Source: Sedimentisphaera cyanobacteriorum (GTDB lineage: Bacteria; Planctomycetota; Phycisphaerae; Sedimentisphaerales; Sedimentisphaeraceae). From it: 32,000 nucleotides of DNA. The stretch is from contig NZ_CP019633.1 in the NCBI RefSeq assembly GCF_001997385.1, positions 1,200,001 through 1,232,000 on the forward strand, read 5' to 3'. The stretch's first letter is position 1, and every line of letters starts with the position of its first letter. Of this stretch, positions 7,343-16,356 are shown piece after piece. The translations under genes and the position numbers were made by a program. The notes beneath the pieces are model-generated. The model made no database searches. It had not been told where the DNA came from and saw only the letters and a program-made list of their open reading frames with translations.

Positions 7343-9400
7343 TCACTTTTCCGGCTTAGACTGCATATTTTTTATATGTTTTTTGAGGGCAGGATTATTA
7401 TCAATCTCGGATATGCTTTCGCTGTTTGTCTTTTCATTCTCGGAGATCTTCATAAGATTTTCATTTCTGTCGGCAACGTGCGGCGTGAGAAATATAAGCA
7501 GTTCAGTTTTCTGCTTTTGTATTTCCCTGCTCTTGAAAAGCTCACCGAGAATCGGGATATCGCCAAGCAGCGGAACTTTTTTGTTCACTTCCTTGTCGTC
7601 ATCCTGCATAAGCCCGCCGATAACGATTGTCTGTCCGTCCTGTATCGCCACCCTGCTTTCTGAAGAACGCTTGCTGAACACAGTAGCATCCACGGTTTCA
7701 GAAATGGGGACTGTTTCAGTGGTTGTATTTGAAATTTCAGGTGCGATATCCATAGTAACAAGTCCTTCATCGTTTATCACAGGCGTAACTTCGAGAATAA
7801 TTCCAATATCCTCATACTGAATCGTATTGATTGTCTGGCCTGTTTCGGTGGTTCTTGTATCGGTAATGAAGGGCACTTCCTTGCCTACGTTTATCGTTGC
7901 TGTCTGATTGTTGCTGGTGAGGATATACGGCCTTGAGAGAACGTTCATTTCTCCTATACTGCTTAGAGCCTTAAACGCAAACTCCAGATCGCCTTCGAGA
8001 ATCTTCACTGCTCCGCCGTCGCCGAGGTCTGAGGGAAGAAATTCAGTACCGTAAAGTTCGCTGTCTGCCTGAAGCGAATCGGCAGTCCCGTCCCCGTCGG
8101 TATCCACAAATCCTTTGCCGCTGAGAACAGAAAATTCGGTGCCGAGCTCGAAATCATCATTCCTTGCAACCTCGGCAATAAGCACCTTTATAAGAACCTG
8201 AGGCACAGGCTCATCAAGCTCATCGATAATAGGCTTAATCTTATCATAATTTTCCTGAGATGTCATAATAATCAGCGAGTTGGTATCCTCCTCTGCCTCC
8301 ATATACACCTCTTCAGACAAATCGGTTTCTGATGAGCCGGAGCCCCCTCGCCGGATATTGCCTCGCCTGCCTGAAGACTCTCTGTCGTCTTCATTGAAAT
8401 CTTCCATCTTCTCGAAAAGATTATTCAGGACATCTTTTAGATTTGCGGCCTTGGCATTTTTGAGTTTGTAAACAAAGAAAGAACGCTCTTCAGCGGGATT
8501 TTTATCTATCTTTTCAATCACCTCTGCCACAATTTCCAGCGTATCTGAAGGGCCGCTAACCACTACAGTGTTTGTATCTTCGTCTGCGGCAGCCCGCACC
8601 TTGATATTCTGCGAGATAACTCCCGCCCCGCTGGAGCCGTTATCATCACGATCGCCCATTCTTGACCTCATCATACGTTCAAAGGGATTTCGCCCTCTTC
8701 TGCCTTCCTCCTGTGTGTCCTGCTCGAAAACTTCATTTATCAGATCGGCAGTGTTGTCGGCCTCTGCATAAACGAGATTAAACACCTTAACTGAAGCAAT
8801 AGATGCCATTCTCGTATCAAGGGCCTGAATAATCTTTACAATCCTGCGGATATTTGAGGCAGTGTCGGTAATAATTATGCTGTTGCTCGCTTCATTTGAA
8901 GTAAAATCGGCCTGCTCGGATATGAGCGAGGCGATATCATCTTTCACCTTCACCGCATCTGCATACTTTATCGGGATTATGTGCGTAATCACCTCATCAG
9001 TTTCCGGGACATCTCCAAGCTCGCTGCCTGAGCTTACAGGTATGCTGCTGTACTTGGCTCTGCTGATATCGAGAATCTTCAGCGTTCTGCCCACTCTCAC
9101 GGCAGCGTAATCCATATCCGCCAGCACGCTGTTTATCAGCGAAACCACCTCGTCAGCATCCAGAGGTTTTTTGCTAACAACAGTAACCCGTTCAGTCAGC
9201 ACAACATCTGAAACCACAACAAACCCGGCCTCCTCCGAGAGATAATCCAAAACATCAGCTACGGGGACATCCTGAAAATTCAAGGTAATTTGAACATCCT
9301 CAGAGAATCCTGCCGAATCATCTTCACCCGCCTGAGCCGCGCTTAAGCAAACGGTTATCAGCAGCGCTGCAATAATACATATTTTCTTCTTCGTTTTCAT
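7343..9400 (-). CDS. gspD: Secretin (GspD-type outer-membrane channel)
   Basis: Signal peptide ...CLSAAQA|GED. There are N0/N1-N3-like repeats separated by charged linkers. The C-terminal secretin blocks are VPLLGDIPILGELFKS and TELLIFLTPHV. It is the last gene of the pseudopilin/ATPase operon. Confidence 0.9.
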   Translation of the reverse strand: MKTKKKICIIAALLITVCLSAAQAGEDDSAGFSEDVQITLNFQDVPVADVLDYLSEEAGFVVVSDVVLTERVTVVSKKPLDADEVVSLINSVLADMDYAAVRVGRTLKILDISRAKYSSIPVSSGSELGDVPETDEVITHIIPIKYADAVKVKDDIASLISEQADFTSNEASNSIIITDTASNIRRIVKIIQALDTRMASIASVKVFNLVYAEADNTADLINEVFEQDTQEEGRRGRNPFERMMRSRMGDRDDNGSSGAGVISQNIKVRAAADEDTNTVVVSGPSDTLEIVAEVIEKIDKNPAEERSFFVYKLKNAKAANLKDVLNNLFEKMEDFNEDDRESSGRRGNIRRGGSGSSETDLSEEVYMEAEEDTNSLIIMTSQENYDKIKPIIDELDEPVPQVLIKVLIAEVARNDDFELGTEFSVLSGKGFVDTDGDGTADSLQADSELYGTEFLPSDLGDGGAVKILEGDLEFAFKALSSIGEMNVLSRPYILTSNNQTATINVGKEVPFITDTRTTETGQTINTIQYEDIGIILEVTPVINDEGLVTMDIAPEISNTTTETVPISETVDATVFSKRSSESRVAIQDGQTIVIGGLMQDDDKEVNKKVPLLGDIPILGELFKSREIQKQKTELLIFLTPHVADRNENLMKISENEKTNSESISEIDNNPALKKHIKNMQSKPEK

Positions 9401-9416
9401 TTAGTGTACCTTATCA

Positions 9417-9947
9417 TTAATTCAACTGACGTTTTCTTCTTTCCATTAGTTTTTTCAGTATCTCGCTTTTCTCAGAATCGGCGGGGGATTCGTCCTTCTC
9501 TTCGTCCTGGTCAACCCAATCAGATGCCTGCCCCGCTGAAACCATTTCTTTGGTTTCGGCTCTGCCGAGCTCGCCTCCGATTTTCACCTCGGACTGTGAA
9601 TCTCCCTCACTGCAAACAATCGTATCCTTCATAACTCTAAGAATCTTTATGCCTGCAATTTCCTCTCCCGGGCTCAGTATATACACCTTACCCGAAACCT
9701 CCTCCTCTATGAAAGCTGAAGGCTTGCTGCCGCTGAAGGCAGTACCTTTTAGTACATAAACCTTTATAACCCTGCGCAACTTCTTTTCGGCTCCCTCGGA
9801 TTCATCCTTAGGCAAATCAGGGATCCTGTTTTTGGAAAAAATATTCTTCTTGTAAATTATGCTGTAGTCCTCGAGGCCTAATGTCTTCCCCTTTTCTGAG
9901 GCAAAGAGCCCGAGGGTTATCAGCAGAATAAGCAGAGTTTTATTCAT
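9417..9947 (-). CDS. Small membrane-anchored periplasmic protein, PilP/GspC(HR-domain)-like by position
   Basis: N-terminal anchor MNKTLLILLITLGLFAS, then a beta-rich core (VYVLKGTAFSG...AFIEEEVSGKVYILSPGEEIAGIKILRV), then an acidic/basic tail. ATG 9947 is preceded by AAGGAGG, so I prefer it to the track TTG at 9950. The gene sits immediately upstream of the secretin. No PDZ-like region is evident. Confidence 0.5.
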   Translation of the reverse strand: MNKTLLILLITLGLFASEKGKTLGLEDYSIIYKKNIFSKNRIPDLPKDESEGAEKKLRRVIKVYVLKGTAFSGSKPSAFIEEEVSGKVYILSPGEEIAGIKILRVMKDTIVCSEGDSQSEVKIGGELGRAETKEMVSAGQASDWVDQDEEKDESPADSEKSEILKKLMERRKRQLN

Positions 9948-10485
9948 CAATATCCTCCTTTGACGGTTCTATAAACAGAGCGCTTAAGTCGATCTGAATC
10001 GATATCTCTGTTCCGTTTTCGTTGGCCGCCCCGAGCTGAAAAGATTCCATCCGCACAGGCAGATCAGAACAAGCCGCTGCGTACATAAATTGAGTAACCG
10101 ATCTGATGCTTCCCTTCCCGGAGATAGACATATCCACAGAGCCGAAGCCTTCTTTTACCGAAGAGACATCCGGCTGAACAAACGATATATCAAGGCCGGC
10201 AGAGCTGGAGGTTTGGTCGATAAAATCAAGAAGCCTGCTCTCAAGCTGCTGAACGTTTTCAGTGAGACCGTTTTCCTGCATATTCTTCCACTGCGGCTGA
10301 AAAAGCTTCTTTCGCTTTATCAGATTCTGAGCCTGTGCGAGGTCTTCTGCGTTTTTTTCGCCAGCGCTTATAATCTCAGTCCTCTTTTCAATCCCGGGGG
10401 AAATGATATACTTATCACAAACCAAAACCGCTATCGAAAGAAGGGCTATAATTAAAATCCTTTTTTCTCTCAAAGACAAATCCAT
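9940..10485 (-). CDS. gspM: GspM/PilO-like bitopic assembly-platform protein
   Basis: Short cytoplasmic N-terminus, one TM segment (ILIIALLSIAVLVC), a coiled segment, then an alpha/beta periplasmic domain. Its ATG shares one nucleotide with the gspL stop (TGATG junction at 10483-10487). The assignment rests on topology and gene order. Confidence 0.55.
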   Translation of the reverse strand: MDLSLREKRILIIALLSIAVLVCDKYIISPGIEKRTEIISAGEKNAEDLAQAQNLIKRKKLFQPQWKNMQENGLTENVQQLESRLLDFIDQTSSSAGLDISFVQPDVSSVKEGFGSVDMSISGKGSIRSVTQFMYAAACSDLPVRMESFQLGAANENGTEISIQIDLSALFIEPSKEDIDE

Positions 10486-11732
10486 CAGCCGGCCTCCTCA
10501 AAATCAAAACTAACTGCAAATTCAAATACATCCCTGCCCTTGCCGGACTTTCTTATGTAAAGAGTTTTCACAGATTTCATTCCCGGGCTGGCTTTGATGC
10601 GGTCTATAGTTTTGTTTACAGCCTTCTCGCTGACCGCCCTGCCTGTAACAACCTGCCCGAGACCGGAGTCTGAGGCAATCGAATTCACCCACACGCTGCC
10701 CTCAGCGGGGAAGGCCTCTGTAAGCTCTTTGAGCATATCGAGCCTTACAGGCTGCTTATCAAACCAGCCGCGGGCAAACTTCACCCTTTCGATAATCTTC
10801 TCAGCCTGCTGAGACTGCTCAGAGATCTCTGCAAGCTTTGTCTCCGTAGCTTTCATATCCTTGAAACGCATCCAAGTATCGTAAGAAAAAACGCCCGCTA
10901 AAATCACAGCAGCTGCTGCCGCTAAGCCTGCTTTAAGAATAATCGAACGGGATATTCTCCCATTCTGAGGCTGAAGCCTTCCTGCAAGGAAATCAATCTT
11001 CAAAGATGAACTTAAATATTGTTCAGCTGTAAGCCTTGCAGCATCCCTGTCCATCGTTTTGGAGAAATCCTCAGGCATATTTACAGCCGCATCCTCAGGC
11101 AGAGAACCTTTCAGCTTCTGCGTCTGGACATACCTGTTCACAGCAGATTCGGGATTATCGCCGGCATTCTCACTGCTGATAAAATCTACCATGCTCAAAT
11201 CAGAGCCAGCTTTATAGGCAAGCTCAAAGCCGCCGGCAACAGGCAAAACAGCAAGACCCTGAGCCTGCGGCTCTAAAACCGAACATAAGCAGCCGGCCGC
11301 TGCGGGGGTAATCCCTGCGGAGCGGAGAAATTGGAGGCGCTCTCTGATCGCAGCTTTTGTGATAACAAACACATTCAAAGACCCGTTTGCGGCAATATAA
11401 TCTGCCTCGATCTGGTCGAAGGGGATATCCAGCGAGCTCTCTATTTTGAGCCTCGCTGCTCCGGCAAGCTGAGGCTGCTGGAGATTTTCCGGAATCTCAA
11501 ACCTGCCTGCCATTATATGTCTTGCACTCAAAGAAAGAACTGCCTGAGATGCGGAAAACCCTTCATTCTTCAGGAATTCTCTGAACCTGCCTGCCTCCTC
11601 AGAGAGCTTGTTTTGAAGCTCAAACGAAGCAAAAGCAGTTTGTTCGAAATGCGTTCGTTTCTTATGAACCTCGCAAACCGTAACGGCCTTTGAGGTAAAC
11701 ACAATGCCAAGTATTTTCTTTTTATTCTTCAT
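10485..11732 (-). CDS. gspL: GspL-like protein (PilM-like cytoplasmic domain + TM + PilN-like periplasmic domain)
   Basis: N-terminus KKILGIVFTSKAVTVCEV resembles the actin-like PilM/GspL start. There is a single TM segment, IILKAGLAAAAAVILAGVFSY. The C-terminal ferredoxin-like part is LKELTEAFPAEGSVWVNSIASD...VVTGRAVSEKAVNKTIDRIKASP. It lies between gspK and gspM. Confidence 0.6.
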   Translation of the reverse strand: MKNKKKILGIVFTSKAVTVCEVHKKRTHFEQTAFASFELQNKLSEEAGRFREFLKNEGFSASQAVLSLSARHIMAGRFEIPENLQQPQLAGAARLKIESSLDIPFDQIEADYIAANGSLNVFVITKAAIRERLQFLRSAGITPAAAGCLCSVLEPQAQGLAVLPVAGGFELAYKAGSDLSMVDFISSENAGDNPESAVNRYVQTQKLKGSLPEDAAVNMPEDFSKTMDRDAARLTAEQYLSSSLKIDFLAGRLQPQNGRISRSIILKAGLAAAAAVILAGVFSYDTWMRFKDMKATETKLAEISEQSQQAEKIIERVKFARGWFDKQPVRLDMLKELTEAFPAEGSVWVNSIASDSGLGQVVTGRAVSEKAVNKTIDRIKASPGMKSVKTLYIRKSGKGRDVFEFAVSFDFEEAG

Positions 11733-11762
11733 CTATTCGCCTAAATTAAAGCTTTCAGCATT

Positions 11763-13097
11763 TTAATCCAGCTGCTTACCATTCTTAAGAGCTTGGAGCA
11801 TCTGCTCGTCCAGAGGCCAGCCCAGATGTTTTAATGCCTGCCTGTAAATTACCTGCGTGCCCCGATCGGAGGCCGTATCGATAATAACGAAATATCTGGT
11901 AAAAGCCCTGCCGTCTGATGAAGCAGCGACAATGTCAGCGGAATACTGAAACGATCTGCCCGTTATAAAGCTGCCTATCTCCACGGCCTTATCCTCCTCA
12001 AGCACTTGTGTAACCCATATAATGCCGCCCTCTTCCGGAGGATTCTCTGCCCTGTATTCAACCAAATCATCCACTTCAGACTCCTCAAGCCCGGGCAGGC
12101 AAAGAAGCACCTCGTAAGGAGCAGAATTCACATTTATAAGCCCCTTAATAATATCGTCATCGCTTGTGGTAAGATTTGTCCCTATCTTTTCAAATTCCTC
12201 GAGTGTCATCCCGCTTGTATAGTAGAAATCTATAATATTATCAAATCTCTGCTGAGTCTGAATTCCTGCAAGGATCTCATAAGCCCTCTCCTCTCCTTCG
12301 CTCTGCTTTAGCAGATTAAATATTTTCATATTGTTTGACTGATCATTAACATTTATCAGCTCTCCGCCTTCGGCGGACTCATTGGGCTGACTGCTGCAAA
12401 CTGTTACATAATTATAAAAGCCCGGATCCAGCTTTCCGTCTGCATCGTCTGGAGGCTGTGAGGCTGTTCCGTCGTTTTCATTTTCATCGAGCATGCCGTT
12501 TCTGTTTGTATCCTCGCCGAAAAGAATCTCCCTATCTGCGCCTTTTACCAAAAGCACCTCCTCAACTGTTTCGAAATCATCATCCTTGGCAGAATAAGGC
12601 TCGTCCAGCAGAAGGTAATACTCGCTTTCTGCACCGCCCGGGCTTACCTCCTGATCGCCGTCGCGCCAGTCTATTATTGAATACGCAAGCTCGCTTGTCA
12701 TTCCGGGAAGCTTTGTGAGCATATCGTAGGATGCAGTATTGAGATTAACTTTCCCCGCCTCATCGATAAGGCCGCAGGTAAGATTGTCTTCATCAGAGAG
12801 ATCAGGCTTAATTGCCCAGAAGTAACAATCCCCCACTCTCATAGCCTCAAACGGCGTTTGCTCATACTCCACAGAAGACTCCTGCTCACTGCTGATGCGG
12901 CTTAGACAATAATCGACTGCCCCTTCTGCCGCTGCCTCGCATTTAACCGTTGAAAGACTCCCCGCAGCGAACAAAGCATCCACGCGCAATGATCTGCCCA
13001 TAATAATCACCAGCCCCGCAAGGAGCAGAGTAACCCAAATCGTTACTATAAGCACAGTAGCCTTTCTGTTGTTTTTCAGCCTAACGTTTACTGACAT
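11763..13097 (-). CDS. gspK: Minor pseudopilin GspK
   Basis: Hydrophobic N-terminal helix lacking Phe+1/Glu+5 (KATVLIVTIWVTLLLAGLVII), as is typical of GspK. Two HhH-like segments are VNLNTASYDMLTKLPGM and INVNSAPYEVLLCLPGL. There is an Asp/Asn-rich Ca-loop-like stretch, GEDTNRNGMLDENEND. I moved the start to ATG 13097; the longer track ORF runs deep into gspJ. Confidence 0.8.
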   Translation of the reverse strand: MSVNVRLKNNRKATVLIVTIWVTLLLAGLVIIMGRSLRVDALFAAGSLSTVKCEAAAEGAVDYCLSRISSEQESSVEYEQTPFEAMRVGDCYFWAIKPDLSDEDNLTCGLIDEAGKVNLNTASYDMLTKLPGMTSELAYSIIDWRDGDQEVSPGGAESEYYLLLDEPYSAKDDDFETVEEVLLVKGADREILFGEDTNRNGMLDENENDGTASQPPDDADGKLDPGFYNYVTVCSSQPNESAEGGELINVNDQSNNMKIFNLLKQSEGEERAYEILAGIQTQQRFDNIIDFYYTSGMTLEEFEKIGTNLTTSDDDIIKGLINVNSAPYEVLLCLPGLEESEVDDLVEYRAENPPEEGGIIWVTQVLEEDKAVEIGSFITGRSFQYSADIVAASSDGRAFTRYFVIIDTASDRGTQVIYRQALKHLGWPLDEQMLQALKNGKQLD

Positions 13098-13824
13098 CGC
13101 TCTGCCCTTCTGCCGGTTCACTGCAGCGAAGTAGAAATGTTTTACTGTAAACGCTTTCATCCTGATTCTCTTGGTCTTGGGAATGCATTTGCTTGTCATC
13201 TTCGGTATCGTATAAACCTATGCTGAAACGAACCGCCTCGGGAACGGCATTATCCCTGTTAGAAGAGCTCCATTCCTCAAGCCACTGGCTCTGATAGTAA
13301 TATTCAATCTCAAGCGATCTGACACCTGCAAACAGTATATCCTCATTGAGCTGCTGGCCGTCTTCTGAAAGCGGGTTGTACCGCACGTACCTAACAAGCA
13401 GATTCTCCTTCTTGCCTTCAATATTAACCTGAGCAGGCATTGGAACTTCATCCTCGCCGTATGCAAGGGCATAGGTTATCTCTGCAACATTGCAGGTTTG
13501 GCTGTCTGCTGAGCCGCTGAAGCCCGCTGAATAGAAGGAAAGCTGATCAGAGGGATAATCGCCTTCTTCGTTTGATTCGCCCAAAAACTCTCCGAAAAGT
13601 ATGCCCTCCGGCGAGGAAACACATGTAATATCACGTCTTATGGATTCAAACACAGGAACAATTGTTCTGTACGGCTCAAGAGCTGCTTCTGCTGAATCTT
13701 TTGCATCGAAAGCAATACGCAAAGACGAATAAAGACTCAGCGCAATGATATTTATAAGAGCCATCGCCATTACAAGCTCTATAAGCGTAAAAGCAGTTTT
13801 TGTGTTTGAACCTGCGCAAATCAT
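13081..13824 (-). CDS. gspJ: Minor pseudopilin, GspJ-like
   Basis: Prepilin-type N-terminus NTKTA|FTLIELVMAMALINIIALSLY. Its size (247 aa) and its position between the gspI-like gene and gspK fit GspJ. Confidence 0.65.
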   Translation of the reverse strand: MICAGSNTKTAFTLIELVMAMALINIIALSLYSSLRIAFDAKDSAEAALEPYRTIVPVFESIRRDITCVSSPEGILFGEFLGESNEEGDYPSDQLSFYSAGFSGSADSQTCNVAEITYALAYGEDEVPMPAQVNIEGKKENLLVRYVRYNPLSEDGQQLNEDILFAGVRSLEIEYYYQSQWLEEWSSSNRDNAVPEAVRFSIGLYDTEDDKQMHSQDQENQDESVYSKTFLLRCSEPAEGQSDVSKR

Positions 13825-13829
13825 CTGCT

Positions 13830-14207
13830 TTAGTCCGTTTCCTGCTGCACGAGCGTAGTAAGCCTGATGCTGTCTCGCTCAATATCGCCGCTCCAGTAAA
13901 CTGTGATATCCACCTCGAGAAGTGAAGGGTCTGTCCAGTCCTGAGCAGTCATAATCCACTTATAATCATCAAATCCTTCTTCTTCAAAATCCCCGGTCTG
14001 CTCGCTTTTTGTCCAAAGCTTTTCCAGCCTTATCTCTGCGAGCTTATCCTCTGCAAGGATTGCCGCTCGCTGAATTTTTGCGGAATTTGAACCCACCCGA
14101 ACTGCCATTGAAATCCCCGATACAGCAACGGGAAGTATGATCCCAACAAGCACCACTGCTGCAAGAACTTCAATCAGAGTAAAGGCTTTCCGGCAGGCCT
14201 GCATCAT
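13830..14207 (-). CDS. gspI: Minor pseudopilin, GspI-like
   Basis: Prepilin-type N-terminus CRKA|FTLIEVLAAVVLVGIILPVAV. It is 125 aa long and overlaps the gspH stop by 4 nt. Confidence 0.65.
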   Translation of the reverse strand: MMQACRKAFTLIEVLAAVVLVGIILPVAVSGISMAVRVGSNSAKIQRAAILAEDKLAEIRLEKLWTKSEQTGDFEEEGFDDYKWIMTAQDWTDPSLLEVDITVYWSGDIERDSIRLTTLVQQETD

Positions 14208-14701
14208 TTCCTCCGCGAATTCTCAAGCTCTATGCGTGTAAATTTCCTGCCCGAGCCTCTGAACTGCACAAGGAAGCGGCTGCCTCTTGAATCTTCAAGC
14301 AGGACGCTGGAGTCTTTGCATTCTCCAAGCGAATCAAACGTGAGATAATGGGCATTCCCTTCCTGCTCGAAGCCGGCGAAAGTGATCTCAACCTCGCTGG
14401 GTATATCTTGCGGCACGCACATACTCTCCCTTATATGCTCATCCTCCCGGCCGGGCTTCTGTGCTACCCAGTAGCTCTTTTCAGATTCATCAACCACAAA
14501 ACTGTACGGCCGGCTTTCGGATACAGCCTGAAGACGGGCGTATCTTGCGGATACCAGAAACATATCGGCTAACTCGCCGAGCTGCCTCGAGGAGAAAAAG
14601 CCTCTGAGCGAAGGCGCAGCAATGGCAAGCATCGTACAGATGATCACCATCACAAGGATAAGCTCAATAAGCGTGAAGGCTTTTACTCTCACCGCCGGCA
14701 T
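14204..14701 (-). CDS. gspH: Minor pseudopilin, GspH-like
   Basis: Prepilin-type N-terminus VRVKA|FTLIELILVMVIICTMLAIAAPSL. It is 165 aa long and starts 2 nt after the gspG stop. Confidence 0.65.
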   Translation of the reverse strand: MPAVRVKAFTLIELILVMVIICTMLAIAAPSLRGFFSSRQLGELADMFLVSARYARLQAVSESRPYSFVVDESEKSYWVAQKPGREDEHIRESMCVPQDIPSEVEITFAGFEQEGNAHYLTFDSLGECKDSSVLLEDSRGSRFLVQFRGSGRKFTRIELENSRRK

Positions 14702-14703
14702 TG

Positions 14704-15135
14704 CTAATCCTCGTCCTTGTCCCAGTTGACAATATCATCGTCTGTTCCGCCTCTCTCATCAGGCCCGTTTGAATAGAGGTCGTAGCCGTATTCATTGTGC
14801 CTGCCCGGAAACTGATAGCTGTATTCATTGCCCCACGGGTCTTCCGGAACGCCGCGTTTGAGATAAGGGCCTTTCCACTTCTCTTCATCTTCGCCGGAAG
14901 GTTCATCCACAAGCGCCTCAAGCCCCTCGGAATCCGAGGGATAATCGCCCATGTCTATCTCATAGGTATCAAGAGCCAGCTCGATATTTGATATATCTGT
15001 TTTAGAAGCGCTTATCCTTGCCTCTTCGCTCCGGCCGGTAAACTTCGGGACTACCACAGCTGCAAGAACCGCAAGTATAACAACGGCAAGCAGAAGCTCT
15101 ATGAGAGTGAATCCTTTTCTTTTGTTTTCTTTCAT
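14704..15135 (-). CDS. gspG: Major pseudopilin GspG
   Basis: MKENKRKG|FTLIELLLAVVILAVLAAVVVPKF, then the GspG-type body ...LDTYEIDMGDYP...LVDEP...WKGPYLKR...DPWGNEYSYQ...YDLYSNGPD. ATG 15135 is preceded by GAGGG overlapping the gspF stop. I reject the track's upstream extension to 15204. Confidence 0.9.
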   Translation of the reverse strand: MKENKRKGFTLIELLLAVVILAVLAAVVVPKFTGRSEEARISASKTDISNIELALDTYEIDMGDYPSDSEGLEALVDEPSGEDEEKWKGPYLKRGVPEDPWGNEYSYQFPGRHNEYGYDLYSNGPDERGGTDDDIVNWDKDED

Positions 15136-15142
15136 TTTTCCC

Positions 15143-16345
15143 TCAATGTATAAGTTCCTGTAAATTGAATATAGGAAGAAGCATCCCCACCACAATTGTT
15201 CCAACGATAGAAGCCATAATAAAAAGCATCAGAGGCTCGCATACAGAAACTGCTGTTTTCAGCTTTCTGTCGAGCTGTTTTTCGTTCACCTCCGCAAGAC
15301 GCTGAAGCTCGCTGTCAAGGCGGGAGCTTTCTTCTGCAATAGAAATCATTTCAATATTGGCTCCGGAAAAAAGCTCCGGGCATCTTCTCAAACTCCCCGA
15401 AAGCGAGCTGCCTTTCTGAACATCTTCAACCGCATCGCTGACGGCTCTTGAGAGCACGTGGTTGCCTATCGCTTCCCTTGCAACCTTCAGAGAATCCACA
15501 AGCGGAACGCCCGCACCTATCAGAGTCCCGAGCATTCTTGTGAAACGCACGAAAGCGAATTTTGCTGTAATAGCTCCCGCAATCGGTATTGAAAGAAGCG
15601 TTTTCTCATAACGCGCTCTTCCCTGCGGCGTGGAGATATAGTTTTTGAAAAACACAACACCTCCAAAAACAGCAAAAATTATTATGTACCAGTAGCTCAT
15701 GATGAATCCGCTTACCGCCACAATCGATTTTGTCAGCCCGGGCAGTTCGCCCCCGAATTCCATGAAGATCGAAGAAAAACGCGGTATAAAAAACAGCATT
15801 AGAAACACTATTATTGCAAAGCAGAATACGCTCAAAATTATCGGATAAATCATTGCAGACTGAACCCTGCTTCTGAGCTCATTCTCGCTTGAACGGAAAT
15901 CTGCAATCTGATTTAGCACAAGGTCCAGGAATCCGCCCATCTCGCCCGCTCGAACCATCGCTGAATACACAGGGGGGAAATATTTCGGCCACCTGCTGAG
16001 AGCATCAGCAAGGCTCGCTCCGTTTGAGATATTCTCGGAAACATCCTTCCAGAGATTTTTGCTCGCAGGCTTGTCCGATTCATTCTCCAGCACCTTCACC
16101 GCCCTGCTCAGCGGCATACCGGAAGTGAGCAGGCTGCCCAGCTCCCTTGTATATGTTTCGATATCATTTCTCGAAACTCTCGCCCTGCCCGGAGAAGCAG
16201 GCTGTTTGTCGTTCTGCTGGATTTCAGAGGGCATAAGCCCCTTTGCAGCAAGGCTGTCCAAGGCAGCTTTGCGTCCTGCAGCCTCGAGCCTGCCGGATAC
16301 CGCAGCACCTGAGCTGTCAAAAGCTTTGTATTCAAATAAAGGCAT
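15143..16345 (-). CDS. gspF: Inner-membrane platform protein GspF
   Basis: MPLFEYKAFDSSG is the canonical GspF/PilC N-terminus. The GspF domain is duplicated and three TM segments are present. ATG 16345 is preceded by GAGAGGGGAAATT, so I prefer it to the track GTG at 16360. Confidence 0.9.
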   Translation of the reverse strand: MPLFEYKAFDSSGAAVSGRLEAAGRKAALDSLAAKGLMPSEIQQNDKQPASPGRARVSRNDIETYTRELGSLLTSGMPLSRAVKVLENESDKPASKNLWKDVSENISNGASLADALSRWPKYFPPVYSAMVRAGEMGGFLDLVLNQIADFRSSENELRSRVQSAMIYPIILSVFCFAIIVFLMLFFIPRFSSIFMEFGGELPGLTKSIVAVSGFIMSYWYIIIFAVFGGVVFFKNYISTPQGRARYEKTLLSIPIAGAITAKFAFVRFTRMLGTLIGAGVPLVDSLKVAREAIGNHVLSRAVSDAVEDVQKGSSLSGSLRRCPELFSGANIEMISIAEESSRLDSELQRLAEVNEKQLDRKLKTAVSVCEPLMLFIMASIVGTIVVGMLLPIFNLQELIH

Positions 16346-16356
16346 AATTTCCCCTC

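Noticed and set aside
7314-7820. 168-aa plus-strand ORF overlapping the 3' end of gspD
   Set aside because: It is antisense to the highly conserved secretin C-terminal block. It starts with TTG inside the gspD terminator stem and gives a low-complexity Ser/Phe/Ile-rich product.
8021-8119. Asp-rich loop FVDTDGDGTADSLQAD in the secretin, and GEDTNRNGMLDENEND in GspK (12420-12518), as novel Ca-binding insertions
   Set aside because: D-x-D/N-x-D/N-G loops are common in GspK proteins and in surface loops of secreted and outer-membrane proteins. I used the GspK one as supporting evidence for the family call rather than as a novelty.
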